Shown here in pieces: positions 47,569 through 57,070 of a DNA stretch of 64,000 bases. Below the pieces are notes generated by a model, which was not told the DNA's origin, did not search any database, and saw only the letters and a program-made list of their open reading frames with translations. Origin of the DNA: Patescibacteria group bacterium. Lineage in GTDB: Bacteria > Patescibacteriota > Minisyncoccia > Phycocordibacterales > Phycocordibacteraceae. The stretch's first letter is position 1, and each line of letters opens with the position of its first letter. The stretch spans positions 4,517 to 68,516 of the forward strand of contig JAGWWI010000002.1 in the NCBI GenBank assembly GCA_018970465.1, given 5' to 3'. A program made the position numbers and the translations under genes.

Positions 47569-48432
47569 TCACCCAGAGGGCGAGGGAGCGTCGAGGAGTA
47601 CTCTGATGATCTGAACGCCGTTCGCTTGGAACGCCGGTGCGCCATCGACTAGTGAATACCCCTCTGAGTAGAAGAGGTGCTTGATGCCCGTCTCTGCCCA
47701 TTCATAGGCGCACGGTGGACACGGGAAGGTCTGTACATATAGATCACAACCCTCAGTACAGATGCCAGCCCTCAACGCGGCAGCTGCCACCGACCGTTCA
47801 GCATGAGCAGAGGCGGAGAGTTCTATCTGCTCTCCCGGCCCGAACTGGCTGCGAGGATCGCCGTATACGTAGCAGCTTTGTTCGGCCGGGACGTGGCGGT
47901 TGTATGCCCGGACCAAGACAGTGCCGTCGCGCACGAGAAGCGCGCCGATCTGCCGCCACCAGTCGGGACTCCGACCGCCCTCGTAGATAGCTGCCCGCAT
48001 GAGCCGACGATCAAGCTCGTCGGCAGATACGACCTCTTCCCCATCCGGACGGCGCCCGACGGCCACGCTGTCCTTATACCAGCGCAGACGCCAACGCCCG
48101 TCGAAGACAACCGGAACGTCGGCGAGATACATCTCCGCAACCGTGCGAGACACATCCTCATCCGGCATGACGATACGGTACGCTCGGGCGACTTCCCACA
48201 GTTCGCCGCGCGATACCACCCTCACCGTACGGAAGATTGCGAGAGCGGCGATCATCCGCACCGCATCCGCCGGACGATTGCCAGGCAGATGCTTCGTGAG
48301 CGACGAGAACTCGGCGATCAGCTCGTCGTCGAATACGTAGAGGCATGCGCCTTCGTACTGACGAAAGAACTGCAGATACCCTTCGTGCGGTGAAGCGACA
48401 TAGGCGACGACAGCGGTATCAGGCGAGTTCAC
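47569..48432 (-). CDS. Two-domain CMP/dCMP-type deaminase
   Basis: C-terminal HAE...FPCPPCA zinc motif; N-terminal domain with PHEGY. Confidence 0.85.
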   Translation of the reverse strand: MNSPDTAVVAYVASPHEGYLQFFRQYEGACLYVFDDELIAEFSSLTKHLPGNRPADAVRMIAALAIFRTVRVVSRGELWEVARAYRIVMPDEDVSRTVAEMYLADVPVVFDGRWRLRWYKDSVAVGRRPDGEEVVSADELDRRLMRAAIYEGGRSPDWWRQIGALLVRDGTVLVRAYNRHVPAEQSCYVYGDPRSQFGPGEQIELSASAHAERSVAAAALRAGICTEGCDLYVQTFPCPPCAYEWAETGIKHLFYSEGYSLVDGAPAFQANGVQIIRVLLDAPSPSG

Positions 48433-49090
48433 GTACTGCCTCCTCGAGCGCGACGCTCAGTTTCTTGCGGACATTATCGATTACTTGGAGACCCCCTTCT
48501 TGGGCCAACTTGCGCAGCCGCGCTGTTGTCCCGGTCGGGGACTGCGGCGGGAGCCTGATCAGATGCCCACAGTGTTGTCGCATCTCCTCAAGGTCGGGAT
48601 TATCGCCCGTCGATTCAGAAATGATGCGCACATCGGGGCGAAGCTTGCGGTTGAAGACCTCCGACTCGTTCAGCACAGTGATGAGGTCGACCGCACGGTG
48701 ATAGCTGATGACCTGACAGCGCTCCTCTTCAGGGACAACGGGCCTGTTCAGGTCATCTTCTTTCCTCTTACGGGTGAGCGCATCGGAGTCGACGCCCACA
48801 ACCATGACCACTTGGTCGGCGCGTTCCGGACCAACGCAGTGCTCGATAGCGTCGAGCTTGCCTCTGGCAAGGTAGGCACCGTGGCCACGATGATAGAGAT
48901 CCCACACTCCCTCTGTGTACGCGATAGCGCATCCCATCGAGCGGAGAATGCGGGCCATCTCTAGTAATTCGTCATGGTCGAGGACGACCTGCTCTGGGTA
49001 TACCGCAGAGCCTTTCAAGATGCGCTGGATGCGGCGCATAGTGTCAGCAGGCAACTGCCCAGTGAGCTGGGCTGGGAGAACGTCATTCAT
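48419..49090 (-). CDS. Cytidylyltransferase-like protein (TagD/RfaE-II HxGH family)
   Basis: EGVWDLYHRGH; VVGVDSD; RPVVPEEER; TTARL. Confidence 0.85.
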   Translation of the reverse strand: MNDVLPAQLTGQLPADTMRRIQRILKGSAVYPEQVVLDHDELLEMARILRSMGCAIAYTEGVWDLYHRGHGAYLARGKLDAIEHCVGPERADQVVMVVGVDSDALTRKRKEDDLNRPVVPEEERCQVISYHRAVDLITVLNESEVFNRKLRPDVRIISESTGDNPDLEEMRQHCGHLIRLPPQSPTGTTARLRKLAQEGGLQVIDNVRKKLSVALEEAVRELA

Positions 49091-49199
49091 AGTGCACCTC
49101 AAGGTTCAATTGGACTCCCGCCAGCCTAGCACGGCCCTGCAAGGTTTGACTTTTGCGATCAGACGATACAGAATCCGCTCGGATTTCGGAGGACACGCG

Positions 49200-49739
49200 A
49201 TGACTGAATATGCGGATGACGACCTTGAGTTCTCGATCGTGGTCGCTGCGACCGAAGGGGGCGTAATCGGCAACCATGGTCGAATGCCCTGGCGTATCCC
49301 GAGCGACCTCAGGCGCTTCCGGGACATCACGACCGAGATCGGCGTGGTCGTCATGGGCCGGAAGACGTACGCAACTATCTTGCAGACGCTGGGGCATCCA
49401 CTTCAAGATCGGAAGAGCATCGTGCTCTCGCGAAAAGCGACTGGACGGACCGAAACTCTCGCGTTCGTCTCGGACTTCAAGGGAGCTTGCCAGGAGGCGC
49501 GTCGGCTCGGCGGCCGCGCTGCGATCATCGGAGGTGGAGAAATTTATCGACTCTTCCTTCCGCATGCGCTGCGCGTCCATATGACGACCGTATATATGGA
49601 CGTGTCCGGAGACACCACCTTCCCGACCCTAACCGGCCAGTGGCGGTGCGCCGAATGGGAAAGCGCGGCAAGACGGGACGTGCGGGATGAATTCCTTTCG
49701 TCCTATCAGGTCTATGAGCGCGTCAGCGTTCAACACTAA
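49200..49739 (+). CDS. folA: Dihydrofolate reductase
   Basis: MPWRIPSDL; MGRKTY; IGGGEIY; GDTTFP. Confidence 0.93.
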   Translation: MTEYADDDLEFSIVVAATEGGVIGNHGRMPWRIPSDLRRFRDITTEIGVVVMGRKTYATILQTLGHPLQDRKSIVLSRKATGRTETLAFVSDFKGACQEARRLGGRAAIIGGGEIYRLFLPHALRVHMTTVYMDVSGDTTFPTLTGQWRCAEWESAARRDVRDEFLSSYQVYERVSVQH

Positions 49740-49786
49740 CGCAAAGCGGCGCCCTCCGGGCGCCGCTTCTCGCATTTGAATCTCTC

Positions 49787-50203
49787 TTACTTCACCTCCA
49801 CCCCCATCGACCGGGCCGTGCCGGCGATGATGCGCTCGGCGGCTTCGAGAGAGCCGGCATTGAGGTCGGGCATCTTCTCTTCAGCGATCTTCTTGGCCTG
49901 CGAGCGCGTCAGGCTGCCCACCTTCTTGGGCGCCTTCTCCGAGCCCTTCTCGAGCCCGGCTTCGCGGAGGATGAGGCGAGAGGCCGGCGAGACCTTCACC
50001 ACGAAGGAGAAGCTGCGGTCGTCGTAGACCGAGAGCTCGACGGGCAGGATGGTGCCCATCTTGTCCTTGGTCGCATCATTAAACTGCGTGACGAACTGGC
50101 CGATATTGACGCCCGCGGGGCCGAGCGCGGTGCCGACCGGCGGCGCGGGCGTCGCCTTCCCTCCCGGGATCTGGAGCTTGATCTTCTTTACGACGGTAGC
50201 CAT
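49787..50203 (-). CDS. rplK: 50S ribosomal protein uL11
   Basis: [12 protein letters not shown]; GTARSMG. Confidence 0.98.
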   Translation of the reverse strand: MATVVKKIKLQIPGGKATPAPPVGTALGPAGVNIGQFVTQFNDATKDKMGTILPVELSVYDDRSFSFVVKVSPASRLILREAGLEKGSEKAPKKVGSLTRSQAKKIAEEKMPDLNAGSLEAAERIIAGTARSMGVEVK

Positions 50204-50221
50204 ATGTGTGGGGACTGTAGC

Positions 50222-50860
50222 TTAGAGCTTGCGAACCTGCAAGAAATCGAGCTCGACCGGCGTCTCGCGGCCGAACATGCTGACCATGACCTTCACCTTG
50301 CCGCGCTCCTCGTCGATATCGCCCACTTTGCCCTCGAGATCCTTGAAGGGGCCGTCGGCGATGACGACCGGATCGTCCTTGACGAGGTCGATGCGGTGCT
50401 TCGGAGCTTCCGCCGACATGCGCTTCATCAGGGTGTCGACCTCCGTCTGCTCCATCGGTACAGGCGTATTGCCGGAGCCCACGAAGCCGGTCACGCGCGG
50501 CGTGTTACGCACCACGAACCACGAATCGTCGTCGACGATCATCCGGACGAGGATGTAGCCCGGGTAGATCTTCTCCTCCTCGACGACGCGCTTACCGCCT
50601 TTGACGCGGATCTTCTTCTCGGTCGGGACGACGACCTCGAAGATCTTGTTCTCCATGCCGAGAGACTCGATGCGCTGCTTCAGGTTGCGCTCCACGGCGT
50701 TCTCGTACCCCGCGTAAGTGTGGATGGTGTACCAGCGCGCGTCCGCCGGGTCGGGCTTCGTCTCGTCGCGGATCTCCTTAGGCACCCCGGGCGCGATGTC
50801 GGCCATGCCGATCTCCGCGAACGCCTCCTCTCCTGCCTGATTGTTCTCGTGTTCGTCCAT
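50222..50860 (-). CDS. nusG: Transcription factor NusG
   Basis: YPGYILV; TPRVTGFVG; KOW domain FGRETPVEL. Confidence 0.97.
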   Translation of the reverse strand: MDEHENNQAGEEAFAEIGMADIAPGVPKEIRDETKPDPADARWYTIHTYAGYENAVERNLKQRIESLGMENKIFEVVVPTEKKIRVKGGKRVVEEEKIYPGYILVRMIVDDDSWFVVRNTPRVTGFVGSGNTPVPMEQTEVDTLMKRMSAEAPKHRIDLVKDDPVVIADGPFKDLEGKVGDIDEERGKVKVMVSMFGRETPVELDFLQVRKL

Positions 50861-50871
50861 GATGAGAAAGA

Positions 50872-51057
50872 TTAGCCGCCGACAATGCCGCTCACGATCG
50901 CGCCGAGGCCGTAGTCGAGAGCGCCCACCCAGGCCGCGATCACGAGCGCGATCAGGATGACCACGAGCGTGTGCGCGAGCGCGGTCTCGCGCGAGGGCCA
51001 GACGATATGCGCGAACTCTTCGCGCACGTGCTTGAAGTAGGTGGTGATCGCGGTCAT
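50872..51057 (-). CDS. secE: Preprotein translocase SecE
   Basis: VREEFAHIVWPSR; upstream of nusG. Confidence 0.9.
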   Translation of the reverse strand: MTAITTYFKHVREEFAHIVWPSRETALAHTLVVILIALVIAAWVGALDYGLGAIVSGIVGG

Positions 51058-51155
51058 AAGCCTGTCGTTACCGAATAAAAACGCTCCAAACAAAAAACCC
51101 CGCGGGGGGCAGTAACGCCATTATACCGCAAGGGTTTTTTACGTCAAACCAGGGG

Positions 51156-51950
51156 CTATCGGATCTCGTAGGTGATCGAGACGGAAGCGTTGTAGGTGTT
51201 CTCGCCCGCCGGCACGTTCGGGGTCTCTGCCTTCGCTGCCGGGGCGCCCGCGGCCATGCTGTAGACGGGCATGGGGCTCGTATTGGCCGCCTCAGAGAAG
51301 TTCACGATCTTGCCGAGCCGGACGCCGAGCTCAGCAGCAAGCGACGCGGCCTGCGCCTTGGCCTTCGCGATCGCATCGGAACGCGCCGCGTCGTAGCCCG
51401 CAGCGGGGTTGTCGAGGGCGAAGTCCGGACCCGAGACGTTCTGCACGCCGTGGCCCCCGAGGCCGCCGACGAGCGCGCCCACGTTCGCAAGGTCGCGCAC
51501 CGTCACCTGCACGGTCTCGGCGACCTGGTAGCCGGTCACGGTGGGCGTGCCGATCGGGCAGAGCGCGCCCGCCGGGCAATTCCGATAGGAGTACTGCGGC
51601 GTGATGGCGTAGGAGAGCGTCGTGATGTCCTTGTCCGCGATCCCCTGCCCCTTCACCCAGTCGATGACGGCATTCGCTTGCTTGGTGGTCGCGGCCTGCG
51701 CGTCCGCGACCTGCGGCGCAGTGTTCTGCACTGTGAAGGAGACGTGCGCGACATCCGGCGCGACGGTCGCCTGGCCGTCGCCCGTGACAGTGATCACGTC
51801 AGTCGCGGGGTTCCCCGGCCGGCCGAAGTCTTGCGCGACGGCGACCGTCTCCGCCACCAAGAAGAGCGCGAGGATCGCGAGGACGCCGATGACGGCGACG
51901 CGCAGGCCCGCGTTATAGAAGAGATCGTGCACGAGGTTCTTGTCGTCCAT
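51156..51950 (-). CDS. SIMPL (DUF541) protein
   Basis: ITVTGDG...PD; AKAQA..LA..LGV.LG. Confidence 0.88.
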   Translation of the reverse strand: MDDKNLVHDLFYNAGLRVAVIGVLAILALFLVAETVAVAQDFGRPGNPATDVITVTGDGQATVAPDVAHVSFTVQNTAPQVADAQAATTKQANAVIDWVKGQGIADKDITTLSYAITPQYSYRNCPAGALCPIGTPTVTGYQVAETVQVTVRDLANVGALVGGLGGHGVQNVSGPDFALDNPAAGYDAARSDAIAKAKAQAASLAAELGVRLGKIVNFSEAANTSPMPVYSMAAGAPAAKAETPNVPAGENTYNASVSITYEIR

Positions 51951-51985
51951 AGGGTGAAAAGATTAGGCCTCTATGATACCACCCG

Positions 51986-52696
51986 CTACGCCCCCTCGAG
52001 CGTCGCAAGGAGCCCGCGAAGCGCGGCCTCGGCCGGGAGCGCAGAGGTGTCGAGGCTCGGGTTCGTCCAGTCCGCGCCGCGGTCGATCGCGTCGAAGCGG
52101 ATCACGTCCGCGCCGTGCGCGAGGTAGAAGGCGGTGTCGACGACGCCCTCGAAGCGCTCGATGGTGACGATCGTGAAGCGCTGCCCGCCGATATTCTCGG
52201 AGGTGTAGCCGGTCGCGGGGACCGGAGCGCCGGAGGTCGCGGAGATCGCCGTCGCCTCGATCGTCGCCAAGGGCGTCGAGGAGGCTGCGATCGGATAGCT
52301 CCGGACGACGATCAGGGCCGACCCGACTCCCTGCGGCGTGGTAGAGGCGTCCGCGCTCGTCGAAGAGGCGCTCGGGAGTGCGGCATACGCCGCAAGGACG
52401 GCCCCCTTGCCCCCGGTGCCGTCGTCGGGCACCGACGCGGGCGCGGCGGGCGCGAAGCCCGGCGGGACGGCGTAGGCGAGGTTGACCGCGTCGAGCGCGA
52501 CGTTCGGCGGCGGGCACGCCGGGAAGAGGCACGCGAGCCCCTGACGCGCGACCGCAGTGCCGTCGGGGCAGACCTTCGCGTCGACCGGGCAAGCGATCTG
52601 CCGATTGGCCTGCTCGACCGCGTTCCGGTACACGAGGCCGCCCACCCCGAGGACGATGATGAGCACGATGCCCGCCGCAAGTGTCTTCCAGTCCAT
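51986..52696 (-). CDS. Membrane-anchored protein with CPxDAKxCPDG motif
   Basis: TM followed by ACPVDAKVCPDGTAVAR...CLFPACP. Confidence 0.65.
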   Translation of the reverse strand: MDWKTLAAGIVLIIVLGVGGLVYRNAVEQANRQIACPVDAKVCPDGTAVARQGLACLFPACPPPNVALDAVNLAYAVPPGFAPAAPASVPDDGTGGKGAVLAAYAALPSASSTSADASTTPQGVGSALIVVRSYPIAASSTPLATIEATAISATSGAPVPATGYTSENIGGQRFTIVTIERFEGVVDTAFYLAHGADVIRFDAIDRGADWTNPSLDTSALPAEAALRGLLATLEGA

Positions 52697-52699
52697 GGC

Positions 52700-53089
52700 C
52701 TAAGGGCGCTTGGCGCGCAGCTCGTCGCGGATCTCCATGAGGACCTTCAGCTCCGGATTCTCCGAGGGCTTCTTCTCGTCGCTCTTCTTCTTGGCGGCGA
52801 GCATCCCGAGCGCGCGGACGAAGAGGAAGAGCACGAGCGCGATCAGGATGAAATTAACCACCGCCTGGATCAGGACGCCGTAGCCGATCGAGGCGCCGTT
52901 CGGCAGCCGCACGGCGAGCTTCGCGAAGTCGACGCCGCCCGTATAGACGCCGATCGCGGGCGTGATGACGTTGTTCGCGAGCGCGGTCGTGATCGCCGTG
53001 AACGCGCTGCCGACCACGACGCCGACCGCGAGGTCGACCGCATTGCCCTTCACCGCGAACGCCTCAAAATCTTTGAGAAACTGCTTCAT
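52700..53089 (-). CDS. mscL: Large-conductance mechanosensitive channel
   Basis: KGNAVDLAVGVVVG; EIRDEL. Confidence 0.95.
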   Translation of the reverse strand: MKQFLKDFEAFAVKGNAVDLAVGVVVGSAFTAITTALANNVITPAIGVYTGGVDFAKLAVRLPNGASIGYGVLIQAVVNFILIALVLFLFVRALGMLAAKKKSDEKKPSENPELKVLMEIRDELRAKRP

Positions 53090-53117
53090 GCCGACCATGA
53101 TACCAAACCGCCACGGG

Positions 53118-53191
53118 GGCGACGTGTGGGACTTGAACCCACGACCGCCTGGACCACAACCAGGAGCTCTACCAACTGAGCTAACGCCGCC
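53118..53191 (-). tRNA. tRNA-His(GTG)
   Basis: Cloverleaf; G-1:C73; anticodon loop TTGTGGT; CCA not encoded. Confidence 0.92.
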
Positions 53192-53259
53192 ATGCATCTC
53201 GCACAGCGAGGTTATAACACATTATCTTACTCATTGCTTGCGGCGTCAGCGCGCGTGAG

Positions 53260-53802
53260 TCAGTAGCGCGGATGCTCCTCGGCGACGCCCGCGAGGTGAT
53301 TCGCGAGCCGCGCATACGCGAAGAGGAGCGAGGAGAGGCGGTTCAGGTACGCCTTCGCGCCGGGCGAGACGCTCCGGCCGGCGAGCGTCGCGGCCGTGAC
53401 GCGCCGCTCGGCACGGCGCGCGACGGTGCGCGCGACGTCGAGCTTCGCCGAGAGCTCGGTCCCGCCCGCGACCGAGAAGCTCGTCACGGGCGGGATCTCG
53501 CCTTCGATCGCGTTCACGACAGCCGCGAGCTCCTCGGCGGCGGCCTCCGGCACGCGCTTGTCGGCGCCCGCGACCTCGGCCTGGACGATGAAGAGCGTCT
53601 CCTGCGCGGCGCGGAGCCCCGCGCAGACGCGCTCGGGCGCGCCAGGGTGCATCTTCACGAAGCCGAGGAACGCATTCAGCTCGTCGAGGGCGCCCAAGGC
53701 CTCCGGCACCTCGGACGATTTGGCGATGCGGCCCCCCTCGCCCGCGGCCGAGTCGAAGAGCTTGGTCGTCCCGCCGTCCCCTTTGCCGGTGAAGAGCGCC
53801 AT
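53260..53802 (-). CDS. PduO-type cob(I)alamin adenosyltransferase
   Basis: FTGKGDGGTT; GALDELN; RRAER; YLNRLS. Confidence 0.88.
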   Translation of the reverse strand: MALFTGKGDGGTTKLFDSAAGEGGRIAKSSEVPEALGALDELNAFLGFVKMHPGAPERVCAGLRAAQETLFIVQAEVAGADKRVPEAAAEELAAVVNAIEGEIPPVTSFSVAGGTELSAKLDVARTVARRAERRVTAATLAGRSVSPGAKAYLNRLSSLLFAYARLANHLAGVAEEHPRY

Positions 53803-53840
53803 GGTTGTCGAGAGCGTAGCATACGCTATCATGAGGCTCT

Positions 53841-54503
53841 ATGACTGATCGAAATAAGGTCTTCTTCATCGCCGGGATCGTGGTCGTCTCGCTCGCGATC
53901 GTGATCGGCGCGGCCGTCTTGCTCGCGAATCGGAGCGCCGCGCCTGGCTTCACCGCGACGACCGTCTCGGCCGTCACCGCGAGCGACCACGCGCGCGGCG
54001 ACGCCTCCTCGACCGTCTCCGTGATCGAGTACGGCGACTACGAGTGCCCGGCCTGCGGCGCCTACGAGCCCCTCGTCGAACAGCTCGCCAAGGAGTACGG
54101 CGATCGCGTCAACTTCGTCTTCCGCAACTTCCCGCTCGCGGAGATCCACCAGAACGCGATGGCGGGCGCCGAGGCGGCGGAGGCCGCCGCGCGCGCGGGC
54201 AAGTTCTGGGAGATGCACGACCTCCTCTACGCCAAGCAAAACGAATGGAGCGTCGCCTCGGGCGCCGCGGTCATGCAAGACCTCAACGGCTACGCGAAGT
54301 CGCTCGGCCTCGACGTCGCGCAGTTCGACGCGGACATGCAGTCGCCGGCCGTCGCCGCGAAGATCCAGGCCGATATCGCCTCGGGGAATGCTGCCGAGGT
54401 GAACCATACGCCCACCTTCTTTATCAATCTGAAGCAGATCCCGAATCCGAATAGCTATGCCGCCTTCAAATCCGCTATCGACAGCGCCCTTGCCGGGCAC
54501 TAA
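53841..54503 (+). CDS. DsbA family thiol oxidoreductase
   Basis: EYGDYECPAC; FPL..IH; TPTFFIN. Confidence 0.9.
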   Translation: MTDRNKVFFIAGIVVVSLAIVIGAAVLLANRSAAPGFTATTVSAVTASDHARGDASSTVSVIEYGDYECPACGAYEPLVEQLAKEYGDRVNFVFRNFPLAEIHQNAMAGAEAAEAAARAGKFWEMHDLLYAKQNEWSVASGAAVMQDLNGYAKSLGLDVAQFDADMQSPAVAAKIQADIASGNAAEVNHTPTFFINLKQIPNPNSYAAFKSAIDSALAGH

Positions 54504-54945
54504 GCCGGCACACAGAGCGCCCTTGTGGTGGGCCGCGGCGATCGCGCTCGCAGGCTTCGCCGACGCCGCGTACCTCACGGTCGACCATTACATCACGCTC
54601 CCCCTGCCCTGCACGATCCTCCACGGCTGCGAGAAGGTCCTCACGAGCCCCTGGTCTATGGTGGGCCCGATCCCGCTCGCGGCCTTCGGCGTCGCCTTCT
54701 ACCTCTTCGCGCTCTTCGCGGCGCTCTACCTCGCGACCGCGCCCGCGCTCTCGCGCCTCTTGGCGCGTGCCTTCTTCGGCCTCACCTTGATCGGCCTCCT
54801 CTTCTCGGTCGCCTTCGAGTCGATCCAGGCCTTCATCATCCGCGCGCTCTGCATGTACTGCGCCGGCTCCGCCCTCGCCACCCTGCTCCTGTTTATCTGC
54901 GGAATGTTCGTACTAAGGCGTAGCGGCCACGAATTCGCAGCCTAG
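54457..54945 (+). CDS. Vitamin K epoxide reductase (VKOR) family protein
   Basis: C-x4-GCEKVLTS; CMYC. Confidence 0.88.
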   Translation: MPPSNPLSTAPLPGTKPAHRAPLWWAAAIALAGFADAAYLTVDHYITLPLPCTILHGCEKVLTSPWSMVGPIPLAAFGVAFYLFALFAALYLATAPALSRLLARAFFGLTLIGLLFSVAFESIQAFIIRALCMYCAGSALATLLLFICGMFVLRRSGHEFAA

Positions 54946-54948
54946 CCC

Positions 54949-55299
54949 TTATCTGATGGGCGTGCCTTGGTGGAAATACATCTGCCATCCTCCATTCGTT
55001 CTTTTCCAAATCGAACTCCGCAAAGAATTCACGACGTCCGTATCATTGATCGTCCGCTTCGTTTTGAATGTGGTGAGCACGCAATCATCTGAAAGCTCTC
55101 GCGCTTCAAAGTCACTTATCTCATACACGACCTTATCGGTAGTGGTGGTGAGACTCTCGAGCGTATCGAGCTTGCGATAGACGGAATCGGAGCTGCCGAA
55201 TTCCATAAAGTCATCCGCTAGCGGTAAACGAGAAGAGCGCACTTCCGGTTGAAGAAGCATGGTCTCGAGCTCATAGAATTGTCGCCCCAACTCGTTCAT
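54949..55299 (-). CDS. DUF4440 (NTF2-like) protein
   Basis: DDFMEFGSS; RSSIWK; WQMYFHQGTP. Confidence 0.85.
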   Translation of the reverse strand: MNELGRQFYELETMLLQPEVRSSRLPLADDFMEFGSSDSVYRKLDTLESLTTTTDKVVYEISDFEARELSDDCVLTTFKTKRTINDTDVVNSLRSSIWKRTNGGWQMYFHQGTPIR

Positions 55300-55307
55300 A
55301 TCTTCAG

Positions 55308-55391
55308 TGCCCAGGAGAGGACTCGAACCTCCAATCCCTTGCGGGAACCACCACCTCAAGGTGGCGCGTCTGCCAATTTCGCCACCTGGGC
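55308..55391 (-). tRNA. tRNA-Leu(GAG)
   Basis: Cloverleaf with long variable arm; loop TTGAGGT. Confidence 0.92.
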
Positions 55392-55629
55392 ATCACTTCG
55401 TCAACTGCGTCGGGCTGGGGCCGGCCAACGACTCGCCCACTATACGCAAAGCGCGCACTATTTTCAATCTTTTGCGGGCAAGCGCGGGAGCTCGAGGGAG
55501 CCCGTACATTTTCTTTAAGACAACCAGCGCTTCCTTCTTGGCATATTTAAGCTGCACGACGCAACTGTTTGGTACTTATCCCCTCACACCAAAAAACTCT
55601 AAAAAGAGGGTATGCTGCAAAATATCCAT

Positions 55630-56193
55630 ATGGGGACTTTTGCCAGCACGACGGCCGGATGGCTTTCGGAGCCCATCCATTGGGCATGGTTGGCGATGGG
55701 GATTTTCGCAACGGCGGTTATTGGAGCCTGGGGTGCTCGCGCTGACAATATGATATTTGGAGCCGCCGAGCCAAAGAAAAAGGTGAGAGTCCAACGAACA
55801 TTTACGGAACCCAGTGCCATTTTTGAAGTGGTAAATGAGAACAAAACCATAGATATAGAAATCGTTGGACACGGGGTTGTCTACTATGATAACGATGACA
55901 ATACAGATTCGTTGTCTTTCACGGCTAGGATAAAACCGGGAGCGTCTGTACCTCTAAATATTGGTGATATTACTTTGCTACTTTTCCACAAGCTCAAACA
56001 TAATTACGGAGCAGTGTATTACATATGGGCGAAAGATAGGACAAACGAATATAAACACTACCCAGATGGATGGTTGTTGGGGCATATTAAAAGACTTCGA
56101 TACAGATGGACGAAGAAAAAAGTACCGTTGCCCGAAGGGGGAATCGAAACAGTTATAGGGGTCGATAATCCCGTAAAAGACAGGTACCGCTAA
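55630..56193 (+). CDS. IS passenger gene, unknown N-terminal-TM protein
   Basis: Low-GC ORF lying between the TIRs. Confidence 0.65.
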   Translation: MGTFASTTAGWLSEPIHWAWLAMGIFATAVIGAWGARADNMIFGAAEPKKKVRVQRTFTEPSAIFEVVNENKTIDIEIVGHGVVYYDNDDNTDSLSFTARIKPGASVPLNIGDITLLLFHKLKHNYGAVYYIWAKDRTNEYKHYPDGWLLGHIKRLRYRWTKKKVPLPEGGIETVIGVDNPVKDRYR

Positions 56194-56248
56194 TGTTACA
56201 CTTAGCGAATGTCTGACCGCGACCGCTTCCACAAGCTCCTCGGCGCTG

Positions 56249-57070
56249 CTATTGGGCCGCCTTCAACGCCAAAAGCTGAAAAAGCGGCACGGAAGAAGTC
56301 CGCTCGTTATACCGCCAAGCGAACTCGTTCAGGTAAGCCTGGAGGTGCTGGGGCGAAACAAAAGCGTAAGTCCCCCTGACGGACTTCTTAAACTGGCCCC
56401 AGAAGCCCTCAATGGTGTTCGTGTGCTCGCCCTTCCACAGCATGTGGTGTTTGCCGTGCTTCACATTCCTGTGCGTGTAGCCGTATGCGGAGTATGAGAG
56501 CTTGTCGTATCCCCTGTATTCGTCGGTGACGACCTTTGAACCCCTGACGACATTCTCCTTGATGAAGGGGAGGACGATAGCCGCTTGTCTGTTAGGGACA
56601 GCCTTCACCTTGATCCGACCCTTTCTCTCAACGGCCCCGAGGACAGCCTGCTTATTCTTGAACTTGGTCGCGTGAGTGCCGCCCTTGCCGTAGAACGTCT
56701 CGTCGGCCTCCACTTCACCCGTAAGTGGGTTCTTGTCTTGCTCCATGAGCTTCCTGATCTGGTGGCCCATCCTCCACGCGGTCTTATAGGTCACGCCAGT
56801 CTGCCTCTGTATTTCCATAGCCGACACCCCGTTCTTAGAGGTGGCAAAGAGGAAGATCACATGGAACCAAATCGTGAGGGAGGTGGAGGACTTCTCAAAT
56901 ATAGTCCCAGCGAGAGGGTGGATATGGTGGCCTTTATTGTTGGCATACGCCTTTCGCCCAGCAATCTTGTGGTATCCCGAGGCAGTCGGGTACTTAGTCT
57001 TGAAGATATGGTCTAGGCAGTGAATGTCAGTCGGGAACTCCGCCTTTAGAGACTTAATCGTGTACTTCAT
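56249..57070 (-). CDS. IS1595 (ISXO2-like DDE) transposase
   Basis: GTIFE; YKTAWRM; VEADET; VTDEY; HTNTIEGFW; YLNEF..RYN. Confidence 0.95.
   Translation of the reverse strand: MKYTIKSLKAEFPTDIHCLDHIFKTKYPTASGYHKIAGRKAYANNKGHHIHPLAGTIFEKSSTSLTIWFHVIFLFATSKNGVSAMEIQRQTGVTYKTAWRMGHQIRKLMEQDKNPLTGEVEADETFYGKGGTHATKFKNKQAVLGAVERKGRIKVKAVPNRQAAIVLPFIKENVVRGSKVVTDEYRGYDKLSYSAYGYTHRNVKHGKHHMLWKGEHTNTIEGFWGQFKKSVRGTYAFVSPQHLQAYLNEFAWRYNERTSSVPLFQLLALKAAQ

Noticed and set aside
53841-54945. DsbA-VKOR pair as a new system
   Set aside because: Well-known disulfide-formation module.
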